In this document: positions 10,968 to 23,094 of the stretch, in pieces
Layout: every line of letters begins with the position of its first letter
How positions within the stretch are numbered: position 1 is the stretch's first letter
Source of the DNA: Octopus vulgaris
Taxonomy: Eukaryota
Direction of reading: 5' to 3'
Assembly (NCBI GenBank): GCA_951406725.2
Contig: OX597814.1
Location: 84,816,001 to 84,880,000 of the forward strand
DNA length: 64,000 bases
Made by a program: the position numbers and the translations under genes
The notes under the pieces: model-generated
Database searches by the model: none
What the model was told of the DNA's origin: nothing
The model's input: only the letters and a program-made list of their open reading frames with translations

Positions 10968-13619
10968 ATGGCTGTGTGGTAAGAAGCTTGCTTCCCAACC
11001 ACATGGTTCTGGGTTCAGTCCCACTAAGTGGCTCTTTGGGCAAGTGTCTTCTGTTATAGCCTCAGGCCAACAAAAGCCTTTTGAGTGGATTTGGTAGATG
11101 GAAACTGAACGAATTTATAATGAATGGGATAAAGAGAGTCTGCAAGAGGGACCAGCCATCCAAGTTGACAATTCTCTGATAGTTAAAGCAATTAGAAGCA
11201 TGAAGACAGGGAAAGCCCCAGGCCCATCAGAAATTACTGCAGAGATGCTCAAAATATCTGGCAGTGTCGGCTATAACCTAGTCACCCGTATAGTTAACCA
11301 GGTGATACACGAAGGAGTCATACCCAATGACTGGTGTAGCAGCATACTAGTCAACTGCTACAAAGGTAAAGGAGATGCCCTAGATACAAATAATTACAGA
11401 GGTATCAAGCTGTTGGATCAAGTAATGAAGGTTACAGAGAGGGTCATAGCCCAACTGATTAGGGAGAGAGTCAGCTTGGATGAGATGCTGTTTGGTTTCA
11501 TACCAGGGAAAAGCACCACTGATGCCATATTTCTGGTGAGACAGCTGCAGGAGAAATACCTAGCCAAAGATAAGCCCCTGTACCTGGCTTCCGTTGACAT
11601 GGAGAAAGCCTTTGACAGGGTCCCCCGATCCCTTATCTGGTGGTCAATGAGGAAACTAGGGATAGATGAATGGCTGGTGAGGGCTGTGCAAGCCATGTAC
11701 AGGGATGCCGTAAGTAAGGTTAGGGTTGGCAACATGTACACAGAAGAATTCAAAGTAGAGGTTGGGGTCCACCAGGGTTCAGTACTCAGCCCCCTCCTAT
11801 TTATCATAGTCCTCCAGGCAATTACGGAGGAATTCAAGACAGGTTGCCCCTGGGAGCTCCTATATGCTGACGACCTTGCTCTAATTGCTGAGTCACTATC
11901 AGAACTGGAGGAGAAGTTCCAGATGTGGAAGGAGGGTCTAGAATCGAGGGGCCTTAGAGTCAACCTAGCTAAAACCAAAGTACTAATAAGTAGGAAGGTA
12001 GACAATCCACAAATGTCTTCAGGAAGATGGCCCTGCTCAATCTGTAGAAAAGGTGTAGGTAGAAACTCTATAAGATGTACCCAGTGTAAGCTATGGACAC
12101 ATAAGAGGTGCAGCAATGTCAAAGGAAGGCTAACTGGGAAGATAGTTTTTGTATGTGGCAGATGCTCGGGAGCATTAACCTCTGAAAATCTGCAGAAAAC
12201 AACTTCCGTCACTTTCCAGGGGAAAAAACTAGAAGTAGTTGATAGCTTCCGTTATCTTGGTGACCAAGTCAGTAGTGGGGGTGGGTGTGCTGAAAGTGTA
12301 ACGGCTAGAGTAAGAATAGCCTGGGCAAAGTTTAGGGAGCTCTTACCTCTGCTGGTGACTAAAGGCCTCTCGCTCAGAGTAAAAGGCAGACTGTATGATG
12401 CATGTGTACGAACAGCCATGCTACATGGCAGTGAAACATGGGCCGTGACTGCTGAGGACATGCATAAGCTCGCGAGAAATGAAGCCAGTATGCTCTGATG
12501 GATGTGTAATGTCAGTGTGCATGCTTGACAGAGCGTTAGTACCCTGAGAGTAATGTTGGACTTAAGGAGCATCAGTTGTGGTGTGCAAGAGAGACGATTG
12601 CGCTGGTATGGTCATGTGGCGAGAATGGATGAAGATTGGTGTGTGAAAAAGTGCCAATCCCTAGCAGTGGAGGGAACCTGTGGAAGAGGTAGACCCAGGA
12701 AAACTTGGGACGAGGTGGTGAAGCATGACCTTCGAACTTTAGGTCTCACTGAGGAAATGACCTGCGACTGAGACCTTTGGAAATATGCTGTGCATGAAAA
12801 GACCAGGCAGGACAAGTGAGTCCAGCCCACTTATGCATGCCTTTCCTCCCTTGGACACACAAAGACCTGTTGAGGCAAGGAAAGTCGATATCGAACCTCA
12901 TCCAACGACAGGCACCTATGCCTACCCACCTTTGCTTGTGAAGACCTGTTGGGGCAAGTGAAATCGAAATCGAAATCGGAATCGAAATTGAACCAATCCT
13001 ATGACTGGCACCTGGCAGATGCCAGGACCCCTGGACTGGAGATACGTAAAAAGCACTATCCAAATCGTGGCCGAAGCCAGTGCCGCCTCGACTGGCTTCC
13101 GTGCAGGTGGCACGTAAAATGCACCAATCCAACCGTGGCCGGTGCCAGCCTCGCCTGGCTCCAGTGCAGGTGGCACGTAAAAAGCACCCACTACACTCAC
13201 GGAGTGGTTGGCGTTAGGAAGGGCATCCAGCTGTAGAAACATTGCCAGATAAGACCGGAGCCTGGGGCAGCCTTCTGGCTTCCCAGATCCCCGGTCGACC
13301 TGTCCAACCCATGCTACCATGGAGAACGGACGTTAAACGATGATGATGATGATGATGATGTATATATATGTATGTATTTGTGTGTCTGTGTTTGTCCCTC
13401 CACCATCGCTTGACAACTAATGTTGGTGTGGTTACATCCCTGTAAATTAGCGGTTTAGCAAAAGCAACCAATAAAATAAGTACTACAAAGAATAAGTCCT
13501 GAGGTTGATAGAATAAATACTTACAAATAATAAGTTCTGGGGTTGATTTGTTTCACTAAGGGCAGTACTCCAGCATGGCTGCAGTCAAATGACTGAAACA
13601 AGTAAAAGAATAAAAGAAT
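10968..13619 (+). mobile_element. SINE family A split by an RTE insertion (head 10968-11109, tail 13360-13619)
   Basis: The head ends at GGAAACTGAA. The tail resumes with GTGTGTCTGTGTTTGTCCC...GACTGAAACAAGTAAAAGAATAAAAG. Confidence 0.85.
11110..13359 (+). mobile_element. 5'-truncated, young RTE-clade LINE: RT (YADD at 11863-11874), PHD-like finger, 3' UTR repeat array and (GAT)n tail
   Basis: The 466-aa ORF has GKAPGP, NYRGIKLL, DMEKAFDRV, GVHQGSVLSPLLF, LLYADD and FRYLG. After two TGA stops the frame continues to RRLRWYGHV...GRGRPRKTW. Confidence 0.93.
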
Positions 13620-15230
13620 GCAAATATATGTAAATAAAGTCTTTTGTTTTCTTTTATTCTTTTATAAGTTTCAGTCATATGGCTCTAGTCACAATGGAGA
13701 AACATGTGTGGGGGTGTGTAAGTAAGTATTTGAATGTACACACCCATGTGTATGAGTGTCACATAGCAACATATGTCACATAACAACAGTGTTTCTCTCT
13801 TTGTTCAATGCCAAGTCAACCATTTAGAAGGCTTATGTTTCTTAAAAATGTTACATAAAATGTGCATTATACTGACAAACAACAAAACGGCGTGTTGAAA
13901 GAGGAAACTTATTTGAACTATTGGTTTTGACACACCCAACCATCACTATTTTTAAAATCTTTTCTAATACCAACCTGCCTGAGGCAACTTCTGGTTATAC
14001 TCAATATCTCATTTTAAACTGCTCATACTGAAAATGTGAGCCCTTTCATTATAATTTTATGTCTGATAGTTTTTATTTGTTACTTACAGAAGCCCTTCAC
14101 ACCCTCTGCAATATAGACTATCAATGAATTTTCATCTTTGTTCTCAAATCTGAGTGATCTTTTCTGCTTCTCTTCAGTTAGATCCCTGCTTGTTTTAGCT
14201 TTGCCTTTCGGATTTGCTGTACCATGTCATATGTTTTCCTCAAAGAAGGCATTCTTTTCTCAGATCCTGTTAGTTTCAAATTGTCATCGATGCTTCTGTA
14301 ACTTTACTTTTTTCTAGGTGGGGGTGTTGACCCTATGAAAACCAAGTTTTTCTCTGGGAATAGGTGGTCCATATTAGTCTGGCCTTTACCCTTTGATCTG
14401 TTCAGCATAGGAGGCCATACTAAAAGCTTACACACTTCTGGCATAGCTCTCAGGGTCACTAAGGTACACAAGCCACTGCCCTGCATTGGATTTTCTGGTG
14501 AGGTTTTTGTTATGCTTTATTCCAAAAACTAATTGAATAAGAAGCTAATCATTGCACTAAGGTCTCTTCAATTTACAGATTATTTTCAAAATTAATGGAA
14601 ACATACAGGTAATGTATTTCATTAGAAATATAATGACAAAATGGTTAATGCTTCAGTCAAAGGAGGAAAATCAGTGCCTATGACATTTTCCAGCTACAGT
14701 GTAACTGGTAAGAAGGGATGGAGATATTGCCAAATTCTAACCCTCACCTAAATGCTAACAGGACAAACTCTGTCCCCCTTACACCAGTGGTGATGTTAAA
14801 TCTTCATTATATATCATACTAAATTACTTAAGCCATTTCACTCCAAATGGAGCAGAGGCCATTGATATCTTTTCTCCACTGTTCTCAACTCTCTAAGTTG
14901 CCCCCCCCCCACCAAGGAATCTCTCATATCATGTTAGTTTTGAATTGTTACTGATGTTTCTGTAACTCTTGCTTTTTTTTTTTAGGTAGGGCTGGTGGGC
15001 CTCAGCAAGCCTATTCTTACCTCTGAGAATTTTGTCAATATGATATTTTGATACATATAATTAATATATTATCTCAGTTAGAAAATACTATTTATTTCAT
15101 ACTTAACTGATCTGCAATATTTTCAGAGCTTTTTGTAGGAGCAATAATCAGGCTGGCCACTATATTTATAAATATGTATATATATAAGTCAGTAAATGGT
15201 GGGGTTGTGTTAACCGCATGTGGAGAAATG

Positions 15231-15776
15231 ATAGGAGAGGAAAAAATAATTAGGCAGAATGCTAAATTGAAAGTAAATTTTAATAAAAATGGGTGTATGA
15301 AAAATTAAAAAAGAAAAAAGAAATCAAACAGGCTTTCATTGCAAGGCAAATTATCAAGATTTGGAAAGGGAAAAAAATCTGCATAAAGGAAGGCTTGTTT
15401 GTCCGACATAATTGTGTTGGATAACTTCTACCCCATTTCCTGTTTTGACACACACTCACCCAACCTTTTCAAACTAAACACTACACTTAAACACATGCAT
15501 CCTAATCCTCTTAAGAAGTTTTTCCAAGGACTAATATTGAACTCTAAAAGCATAAAGACACTACAATGTATTGGTATATTTATTTATTAATTTTTGTATA
15601 TGTGTATTATTATTTTTTTGAAAAAAACATTGTAAATTTCTTTTCTCCCCTTCCGCAATTTAAAAAAAATTTTTCCCCTTCCAAATCTTGATAATTTGCC
15701 CTACAATGAAAGCCTGTTTGATTTCTTTTTTCTTTTTTACTTTTTCATACACCCATTTTTATTAAATTTTTCCTCT

Positions 15777-15781
<5 letters not shown>
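15231..15781. mobile_element. MITE-like element with long terminal inverted repeats, about 115-150 bp
   Basis: 15231-15380 is the reverse complement of 15665-15781 (GAAATCAAACAGGCTTTCATTG / CAATGAAAGCCTGTTTGATTTC). Flanked by TA. Confidence 0.75.
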
Positions 15782-15828
<47 letters not shown>

Positions 15829-16437
15829 CAGAACCATGCTAATAGCTTTTGAATGAAAATAGCCCAATAGCACATCTAGACATTTCTTTCAGAAAATGAA
15901 GGGTAATAATTCCCTGATTTTTTCCTAATCCTTCAATCCCACTGCTTCTATCCATCTCTCCTCCTTCCATGTGACTCGTGCCTGGCCAGCCATGATCTTT
16001 CTTTCTTGGCTTGACCACTGACCGCCAACACTTCTTATGTCCATCTCCTATTTTCCTGCCTTTAGGCATTTACTTCATACATGCCAGCCCAATTTGATTT
16101 GTTCTCAGTCGAATGACACCTGTTATTTCTTGTTGTTTGTATTCAGAATTGTGTACCATGTTCTCCATTTTTTGTCTTTGTTGTCATACACATTCATTAG
16201 CTTTCTTACAAAGGGGTCTAATGTTCTTAGCTTAGACTTTGGTGGGGGGCAACCAGATCAAACCATCTCAAGTGTAACTGCCCAAAATGGTCGTGACATG
16301 TAGCACTTGACTGAGGAAAGAAAGCCACGAATGACCTATCATTTTTGCCTGTCCTTCTCATTGTTGCTTCTCTTGTCCACCTTTGTATTGTCTATCTGTC
16401 TGAATGTTTTTATTGTCCTGTATTGCATTTCTGTTCC

Positions 16438-16498
<61 letters not shown>

Positions 16499-16545
16499 CA
16501 CATACACATTCATTCAGTATATATTTAACAGAAAACCATAATAAT

Positions 16546-16770
16546 ATTGTGACGTATATTTGCCATTTAAATATGGCTAACCCCTAAGGGTGGATGCTAC
16601 TGTAGTTTGTAGCCCCAGGAGGACACCTCCTCCAGCTGGCTATAGACACACTAGGGCACAGAAAGTGTGTCTATAGCCAGCTGGAGGGGGTGTCATCCTG
16701 GGGCTACAAACTACAATACCATCCACCCTTAGGGGTTAGCCATATTTAAATAGCAAATATACGTCACAAT
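16546..16770. repeat. Near-perfect 225-bp palindrome
   Basis: ATTGTGACGTATATTTG...TATAGACACACT, a loop of about 11 nt, then AGTGTGTCTATAG...CAAATATACGTCACAAT. Confidence 0.9.
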
Positions 16771-16849
16771 GTGTTGTAGCTACTGTTTATAACTCACTCT
16801 GAGATTTATTATTGATCATAATAATATTATAACATTTATTGACATAATG

Positions 16850-17118
16850 AATTATTTAGCCACATGAATGCCATTTTGACAGATAAGTTCAAAAACCCTA
16901 TTAGCCATGGAATCTTTCAATTTCTTAATAGTAGCAGGTTGGGCTGCCTCTGCTGCAGCTTTGATGGTCGCCTATAAGACATCTTTTGGCATAAATTGGC
17001 ATCCATCGGCATAAACATTTTGTTTAATGAGGGACCAAAGGTTTGCAATAGGGTTGAGATACAGAGATGCTGGCGGCCACACCATCAACCTTTCAGCTTG
17101 TACACCATAAGGCCCTAG
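16850..17118 (-). mobile_element. Tc1-type transposase C-terminal remnant
   Basis: Hand translation MVWPPASLYLNPIANLWSLIKQNVY (compare WPxxSPDLNPIENLW)...SMANRVFELI. Confidence 0.7.
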
Positions 17119-17119
17119 T

Positions 17120-19464
17120 AATCAGGTTATTCAGGAAGGCACCATCCCCAATGACTGGTGTAGTAGTATTATAGTTAGCTGCTACAACGGCAAATGTGAT
17201 GCCTTAGATAGAACAGCTACAGAGGTATTAAATTGCTCGACCAAGTCATGAAAGTTACTGAGAGGGTTATAGCTCAATTGATTAGAAATAGAAGTAAACT
17301 AAATGAGACACAGTTTGGTTTTGTATCTGAGAAGAGTACCACAGATGCCATCTTCCTAAAATACTTGGTCAAAAGTAAGCTGTTGTACTTAGCCTTTGCC
17401 AATTTGGAGAAAGCTTTTGACGGAGTTTTGCGCTCTGTTATACAGTGGTCTCTAAGGAAGTTAGGAGTAGAGGAGTGGCTTGTTAGAGCTGTACAAGCCA
17501 TGTATAGAGATGACATCAGTAAGGTGAGAGTCGGCCATGAAAAGTGAAGAATTTAGCATACAGGTATGGGGTTCACCAGGGCTCAGTTCTCAGCCCAATC
17601 TTATTCATTAAGGTTCTCCAGGCCATAACAGAGGAATTCAAAACTGGGTGCCCATGGAAACTACTATATGCTGATGACCTTGCTCTTATTGCAGAATCTT
17701 TAACAGAAATGGAGAGGAAATTCCAGGTATGGAAACAAAACCTGAAATCAAAGAGCCTTAAAGTTAACCTAGCTAAGACCAAAGTTGTTATTAGCAAGAA
17801 AGATGAAACTCACTTTCTGTTAGGTAAATGGCCCTGCTCAGTATGTCAGAAAGGAGCTGGAAGAAATTCCATTCGCTGCACACAGTGTAAACTATGAACA
17901 CATGAATGGTAGACTATATGTTTCTTGTGTGCGAATGGCTATACTCCAAGGTAGTGAGACATACATAGACTGGAGTGAAATGAATGTAGTATGCACTGTT
18001 AGATGTGCAACATCAGTGCACATGTACAGCAAAGTGTAAATATATTGAGAGAAAAGTTGGGCATAAGAGGAATCAAATGTGGCATGCAAGAGAGAAGACT
18101 ATGTTGGTTTGGACACGTGAGGTATATAAATGAGGACAGCTGCATAAAGAAGTGCTTATCACTGAAAGTGGATGGTACCTGCAGAAGATGGAAACCTAGG
18201 AAGACATGGGATGAAGTGGTAAGGACTGATCTCAGGATGTTGGGCCACATGGAGGAAATGACAATGGACCAAGATATTTGGTGATTTGAAGTTCCTCAGA
18301 AGACCCACTCACATCAATGAAACTGAGTTTTAGATGCGCTGAGTGTTTCCCCACACTTAACAAGAGAACTTCTCACACACTCTACCACAACAAACTACGT
18401 CTCTACATCTCTTCTCTTCCTTGCATTTCTGCTTCATGCACTATGCTTACCTCCCACTCCCCAATCTTGTCCTCTTGGCCCTGTGCCACTGTATTATTGA
18501 TCTCCACTGGACCCCGACCTGAGTGTTTCACCTGCATGTAACAAGAAAACTTTTCACTCCCACTACTCCAACAAACCAATCTACATTTTGTCTCTTCCTC
18601 ACACTTGCTCCTTTATACACTATGCCTTACTCTCTCTCCCCAATTCTGTCCTCATGGCCTTGTATCATTGCTATCCGGTAGCCCCTCACCCCCAACTCTA
18701 TATATACCCGGTTTTCACCACTCGCTTTTTAATCCACACCCTTTAATCACATTCCCTTCACAATATGTCGCCACTTAAATTATGGTATTCAAACCATAAG
18801 GGTATACCCTGGCACTTGCTACCATCTATGTCTCTCTCTCTCTTCCTTTACTCAGCCAACCCATTTATATTCTGATCCCTGTACCTTGTGAGTATGCCTG
18901 GCATTTTGCCACAATCTCTATTCTGCTGTCTCCCACACTCTCTCTCCTTCTCCTGCACTTCCTTCAGGTTGGGTAACCATGTATTTCCTTTGTGGTAGTG
19001 CATGTATTTCTGTCTTCATTCCTGATCTCTCTCTGTCTCTGGCCAGGTAACCTTGTACTTCCTCTACAGAAAGACACCTGTTTCTGTCTCTTTGTCTCAC
19101 TGTAACCTTTCATCATCCACCAGAAGATCACCTCCTCCAATGCTGCCTCCCCACTTGCAAGTTTTTTTTTTTTTTGTCTTGCAAGTACTTGGTGATCCTG
19201 TCAGTGCAAGTGCCACTTAAAAGCACCCAGTCCGCACTGTAAAGTGGTTGGTGTTTGCAAGGGCATCCAGCTGTAAAAACCTTGCCAAAACTGACCTCAC
19301 CTGTGCTTGTGCCACGTAAAAAGCACTAAGTACACTCTGCTGAGTGGTTGGTGTTAGGAAGGGCATCCAGCTGAAAAAATCCTGCCAAAATAGTCACAGA
19401 AGGCTCTGGTGAAACCATCCTACCCATGATAGCATAGAAGGCGGATGTTAAACGATGATGATGA
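17120..19464 (+). mobile_element. Decayed RTE-clade LINE (same RT/PHD family, long pyrimidine-rich 3' UTR subfamily)
   Basis: ORF fragments at 17233, 17544 (YADD, CSVC..CTQC) and 18003, an internal deletion after the finger, and a GTTAAACGATGATGAT end. Confidence 0.88.
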
Positions 19465-19477
19465 TATATACATACCT

Positions 19478-19513
<36 letters not shown>

Positions 19514-19628
19514 ATGTGTATGTATGTATGCATGCATGCATATATGTATGTATGTGTGTATAAATATATATATATATGCAGCCGTGATGGATACTTAATA
19601 CTATACATTTCAGATAATATATATATGC

Positions 19629-19734
19629 ATGGAACATTAGGAAATTGTCTTCCACTGTAGCTCTATATCACTATATATAGATATATATATGGTGATATAG
19701 AGCTACAGTGGAAGACAATTTCAGAATGTTCCAT
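19629..19734. repeat. 106-bp palindrome made from part of a SINE A copy
   Basis: ATGGAACATT..GTAGCTCTATATCAC, (TA)n, GTGATATAGAGCTAC..AATGTTCCAT. The right arm runs on into a minus-strand SINE head (to about 19797). Confidence 0.8.
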
Positions 19735-20106
19735 ACAGTGGGACTGAACCCAAAACCATGTGGTTGTGAAGCAAACTTCTTACCACAAAGCCATATCTGT
19801 GATATATACATAAACACACACACATATATACACACAATGTTCCTCCTGTTCAATGCCAAATCAACCTTTTAGTTAACATGTGTCCCTTAAAAATCAATCT
19901 GTCAAATAAAATGCCCTGTAGACAAACGTACTAACAAAGAACAAAACAGCTTGCAGAAAAGTGGGAAAATATTGAATAATTGATTTTTCTAACAAATGAA
20001 ATCTCTTCCAGCACACCCAAACTTAATTACTTTTAGCCCATCTAAGACTAATTCTGATACCATGATATGAAGTATCATGTCACATTGTTTTTTCAATATG
20101 TTTCAA

Positions 20107-20647
20107 GCTAGATTAGACTACTGCTATGTCTGGCAAACAAGTATCCATCACTGAAGATGATCTAATAATAGGACAGTAATGAGTTCTCTCCCTACTTGTA
20201 AAATATATTGAGGGTGAAGTGCACTGAACAGTCAGCAGGTGGAAGCATCCTCCTGGGGTTAAAATAGCAGTATCATCTGTTCTTAAAGAACACCCACTTT
20301 TAAGTGGTGATAAACATTATGTCTCAGTGTAAATACTGCTTCCATCTCTAACAGAGATCTTCTTAATGAATTAGTTTGCTAGTTGCAAGACCAGTGACTG
20401 TAACAATGGTTTTTTTTATATGTTTGTGAGGTGGGCTAGATTACTGCTATGTCTAGTACACAAGTATATATCACTGAGGATGATTTAATATGATTAAAAT
20501 TATGTGATATGGTGGTCTCTGAGCTAGGGTAGTAAGGAGTTTGCTCACCGTTTACAATATATATTGAGTACAAAGTGCACTGAATAGCCAACTGGAGGGA
20601 GCATCTCCTAGGGTTAAAATAGCAGTATCATCTGTTCTTAAAGAACA
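20107..20647 (+). repeat. Diverged direct repeat, two copies of about 190-210 bp (20107-20292, 20435-20647)
   Basis: Shared GCTAGATTA..CTGCTATGTCT, TCACTGARGATGAT, AATATATTGAG..AAGTGCACTGAA and GGGTTAAAATAGCAGTATCATCTGTTCTTAAAGAACA. Confidence 0.8.
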
Positions 20648-22532
20648 TCCATGTTTGTGCTTGAATCTAAGATCATGTGCTGAAACTAAAGTGACTGTAA
20701 AATAAATGTTTGTCTTTATGTGTTTCTGAAAGGCTAACTTATGCCTTCCATACTGCAATCATTATATATACTACACACACACACACACACACTTATATAT
20801 ATATAAATATATGAGGGTTTACATAGTTTTCATGTACCAAATTTTACCCAAACGGTGTTAGTTAACTTGAAGCTTTAGTAGAATACACTTACCCTAGTAC
20901 CACTGAAGTGGGATCAAATCTGAAATGAAGTGACTGCCGATAAAATTTCTTCAGCCCACAGCCATGTATGTGCTATATCATCATCATCATCGGCTGTATG
21001 TGTAGATATATTTTTATTTTGGAAGGATTACACTGCCCTTAGCAAACACACACACATGTTAGAGATCTCTTCAGTTTTATTGTTAACTAATCAATTAATC
21101 AATTAATTATTGATAAGTTTGCCCTAAATTTTTCTTCATGCTTCTGTGATCTTTTCAGTCATTTCAATGGTTTTTCCAGCCTGCAATTGATATTCTTTAT
21201 TTTTTATGGTTGTTATATTGTCAAGTGGCATGCATATATTGCTAAATATGTGTGTGTATGTGTGCATGTATGGAGTATGTGTGTGTATGCATGTTTTGTT
21301 TAGATTATCTCCACTTTTATGATTTTTTCATTTGTCAGTGCCAACATAAATGTGTGGGTGTGTAACTTTATATGTATGTGTATATGTCAGGTCACTTTCG
21401 AGTAACCTGTTGCATGGTCGGGTTGTCGGCGACTAAACTGGCAACTCCACCAAGCTTGCTTGGTGAGGAGGGTGTTTATTGAACACCCTGCGGGATGAAA
21501 AACAAAACCCGTCAAAGGGTGGAGGAACTCTTGAGAGTCAACAACCATCCAATAAATGTCTTAAGGCTGTTTCATGTGTGGGGACATAGAAATAATCGGA
21601 TTGAATACCCGATCATGTTGTTAAACCATTGGGAGTGAAGGACTCCTAGCCTTTGTTAGGGCATCCGTCTAGGAGAAGGCAACTCAGGTAACTGGGATAA
21701 CTCCAACATAAAACCTGCGGCTCAGTGGTTACCGATAATGTTGACTTGTTCTTCTTTTTGGATTATGGCTGCTGTTGCTTAGTGAGTGGGATTGACTCAG
21801 TGCACAGCCTTTCCTCACTATAAAGAAAATCTTTTTGTACAGGCATTGCACGATAACAACATTGATTAAGCTTCGTGCAATAACCATACTCAATAACAAG
21901 GGGGCAGCCACCATGTGTATGTACATATGGTTTATGGGTATATGTCTTTGTGGTTTGTGGATATGTTTATGGTTTGTGAATGATTCTGATTCATGTGTGT
22001 ATACACATGAATCAAAATTCATGTGTATGGTAGCTGAATTTAGTTGTCTTAAATCTTATTTTATCCTTACTTTTCGGTGTTACTTTGGTGGTAGTGGTGC
22101 TATTTTGTTCATCCCTTTTATTGAAGGTATGTGGTGGTTCCAGTATACCTGCCACTTCTGTAACACATCTTCTGTTTGATCTTCTAGAAGTGTGGAAAGA
22201 ATGACACCAAGCATGGCTGTGTGGTTAAGAAGCTCATTTTGCAACTGTGTGGTTTCAGGTTCAGTCCTACTGTGTAGCACCTTCTACTACACCTCTGAAC
22301 TGACCAAAGCCTTGCAAGTGAATCTGGTAGATGGAAACTGTGAGGCAGCCTATCATATATAATATGTGTGTGTGTTTGTGTGTGTGTATGTGTGTATATG
22401 TATGTGTGTGTGTGTGTGTGTATATATATATGTATTATGTATGTGCATGTATTGTGTATGTATTTATGCATGTTTTATTTAAATTATCTCCACTTTTATG
22501 TTTGTTTCATTTGATTGTTTTTGGTTTATTTT

Positions 22533-22594
<62 letters not shown>

Positions 22595-22595
<1 letters not shown>

Positions 22596-23075
22596 CATCA
22601 TCATCCTCATCATCGTTTAACATCCGCTTTCCATGCTAGCATGGGTTGGATGATTTGACTGAGGTCTGGTGAATCAGATGGCTGCACCAGACTCCAATCT
22701 GATCTGGCAAAGTTTCTACAGCTGGATGCCCTTCCTAATGCCAACTACTCTGAGAGTGTAGTAGGTGCGTTTACGTGCCACCGGCACGAGGGCCAGTCAG
22801 GCGGTACTGGCAACAGCCACGCTCAAATGGTGCTTTTTATGTGCCACCTGCACAGTAGCAAGTTCAGCAGTACTGGCAATGACCTTGCTCGAATGTTTTT
22901 TCATGTGCCACCAGCATACGTGCTAGTAGGCGATGCAGGTAACGATCATGCTCGAATGTTGTTTTTAATGTGCCACCGGTTTGGAGGCCAGCTTGTTGCT
23001 CTGGCCCTGATCTCACTCATATGGTTCTCTTAGCGCTCCACTAGCATGGATGCCAGTCATCGAATTTGATTTCGA
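22595..23075 (-). mobile_element. RTE 3' UTR-only copy (about 4 repeat units plus tail)
   Basis: (CAT)n CGTTTAAC...CTGGATGCCCTTCCTAATGCCAAC...TTTACGTGCCACCGGCAC is the reverse complement of the 13.0-13.36 kb tail. Confidence 0.85.
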
Positions 23076-23094
23076 TATATATATATATATATAT

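Noticed and set aside
11418-12212. 264-aa minus-strand ORF and similar ones (12252, 17274, 17573, 23310, 44400, 47209)
   Set aside because: Antisense shadows of LINE RT frames.
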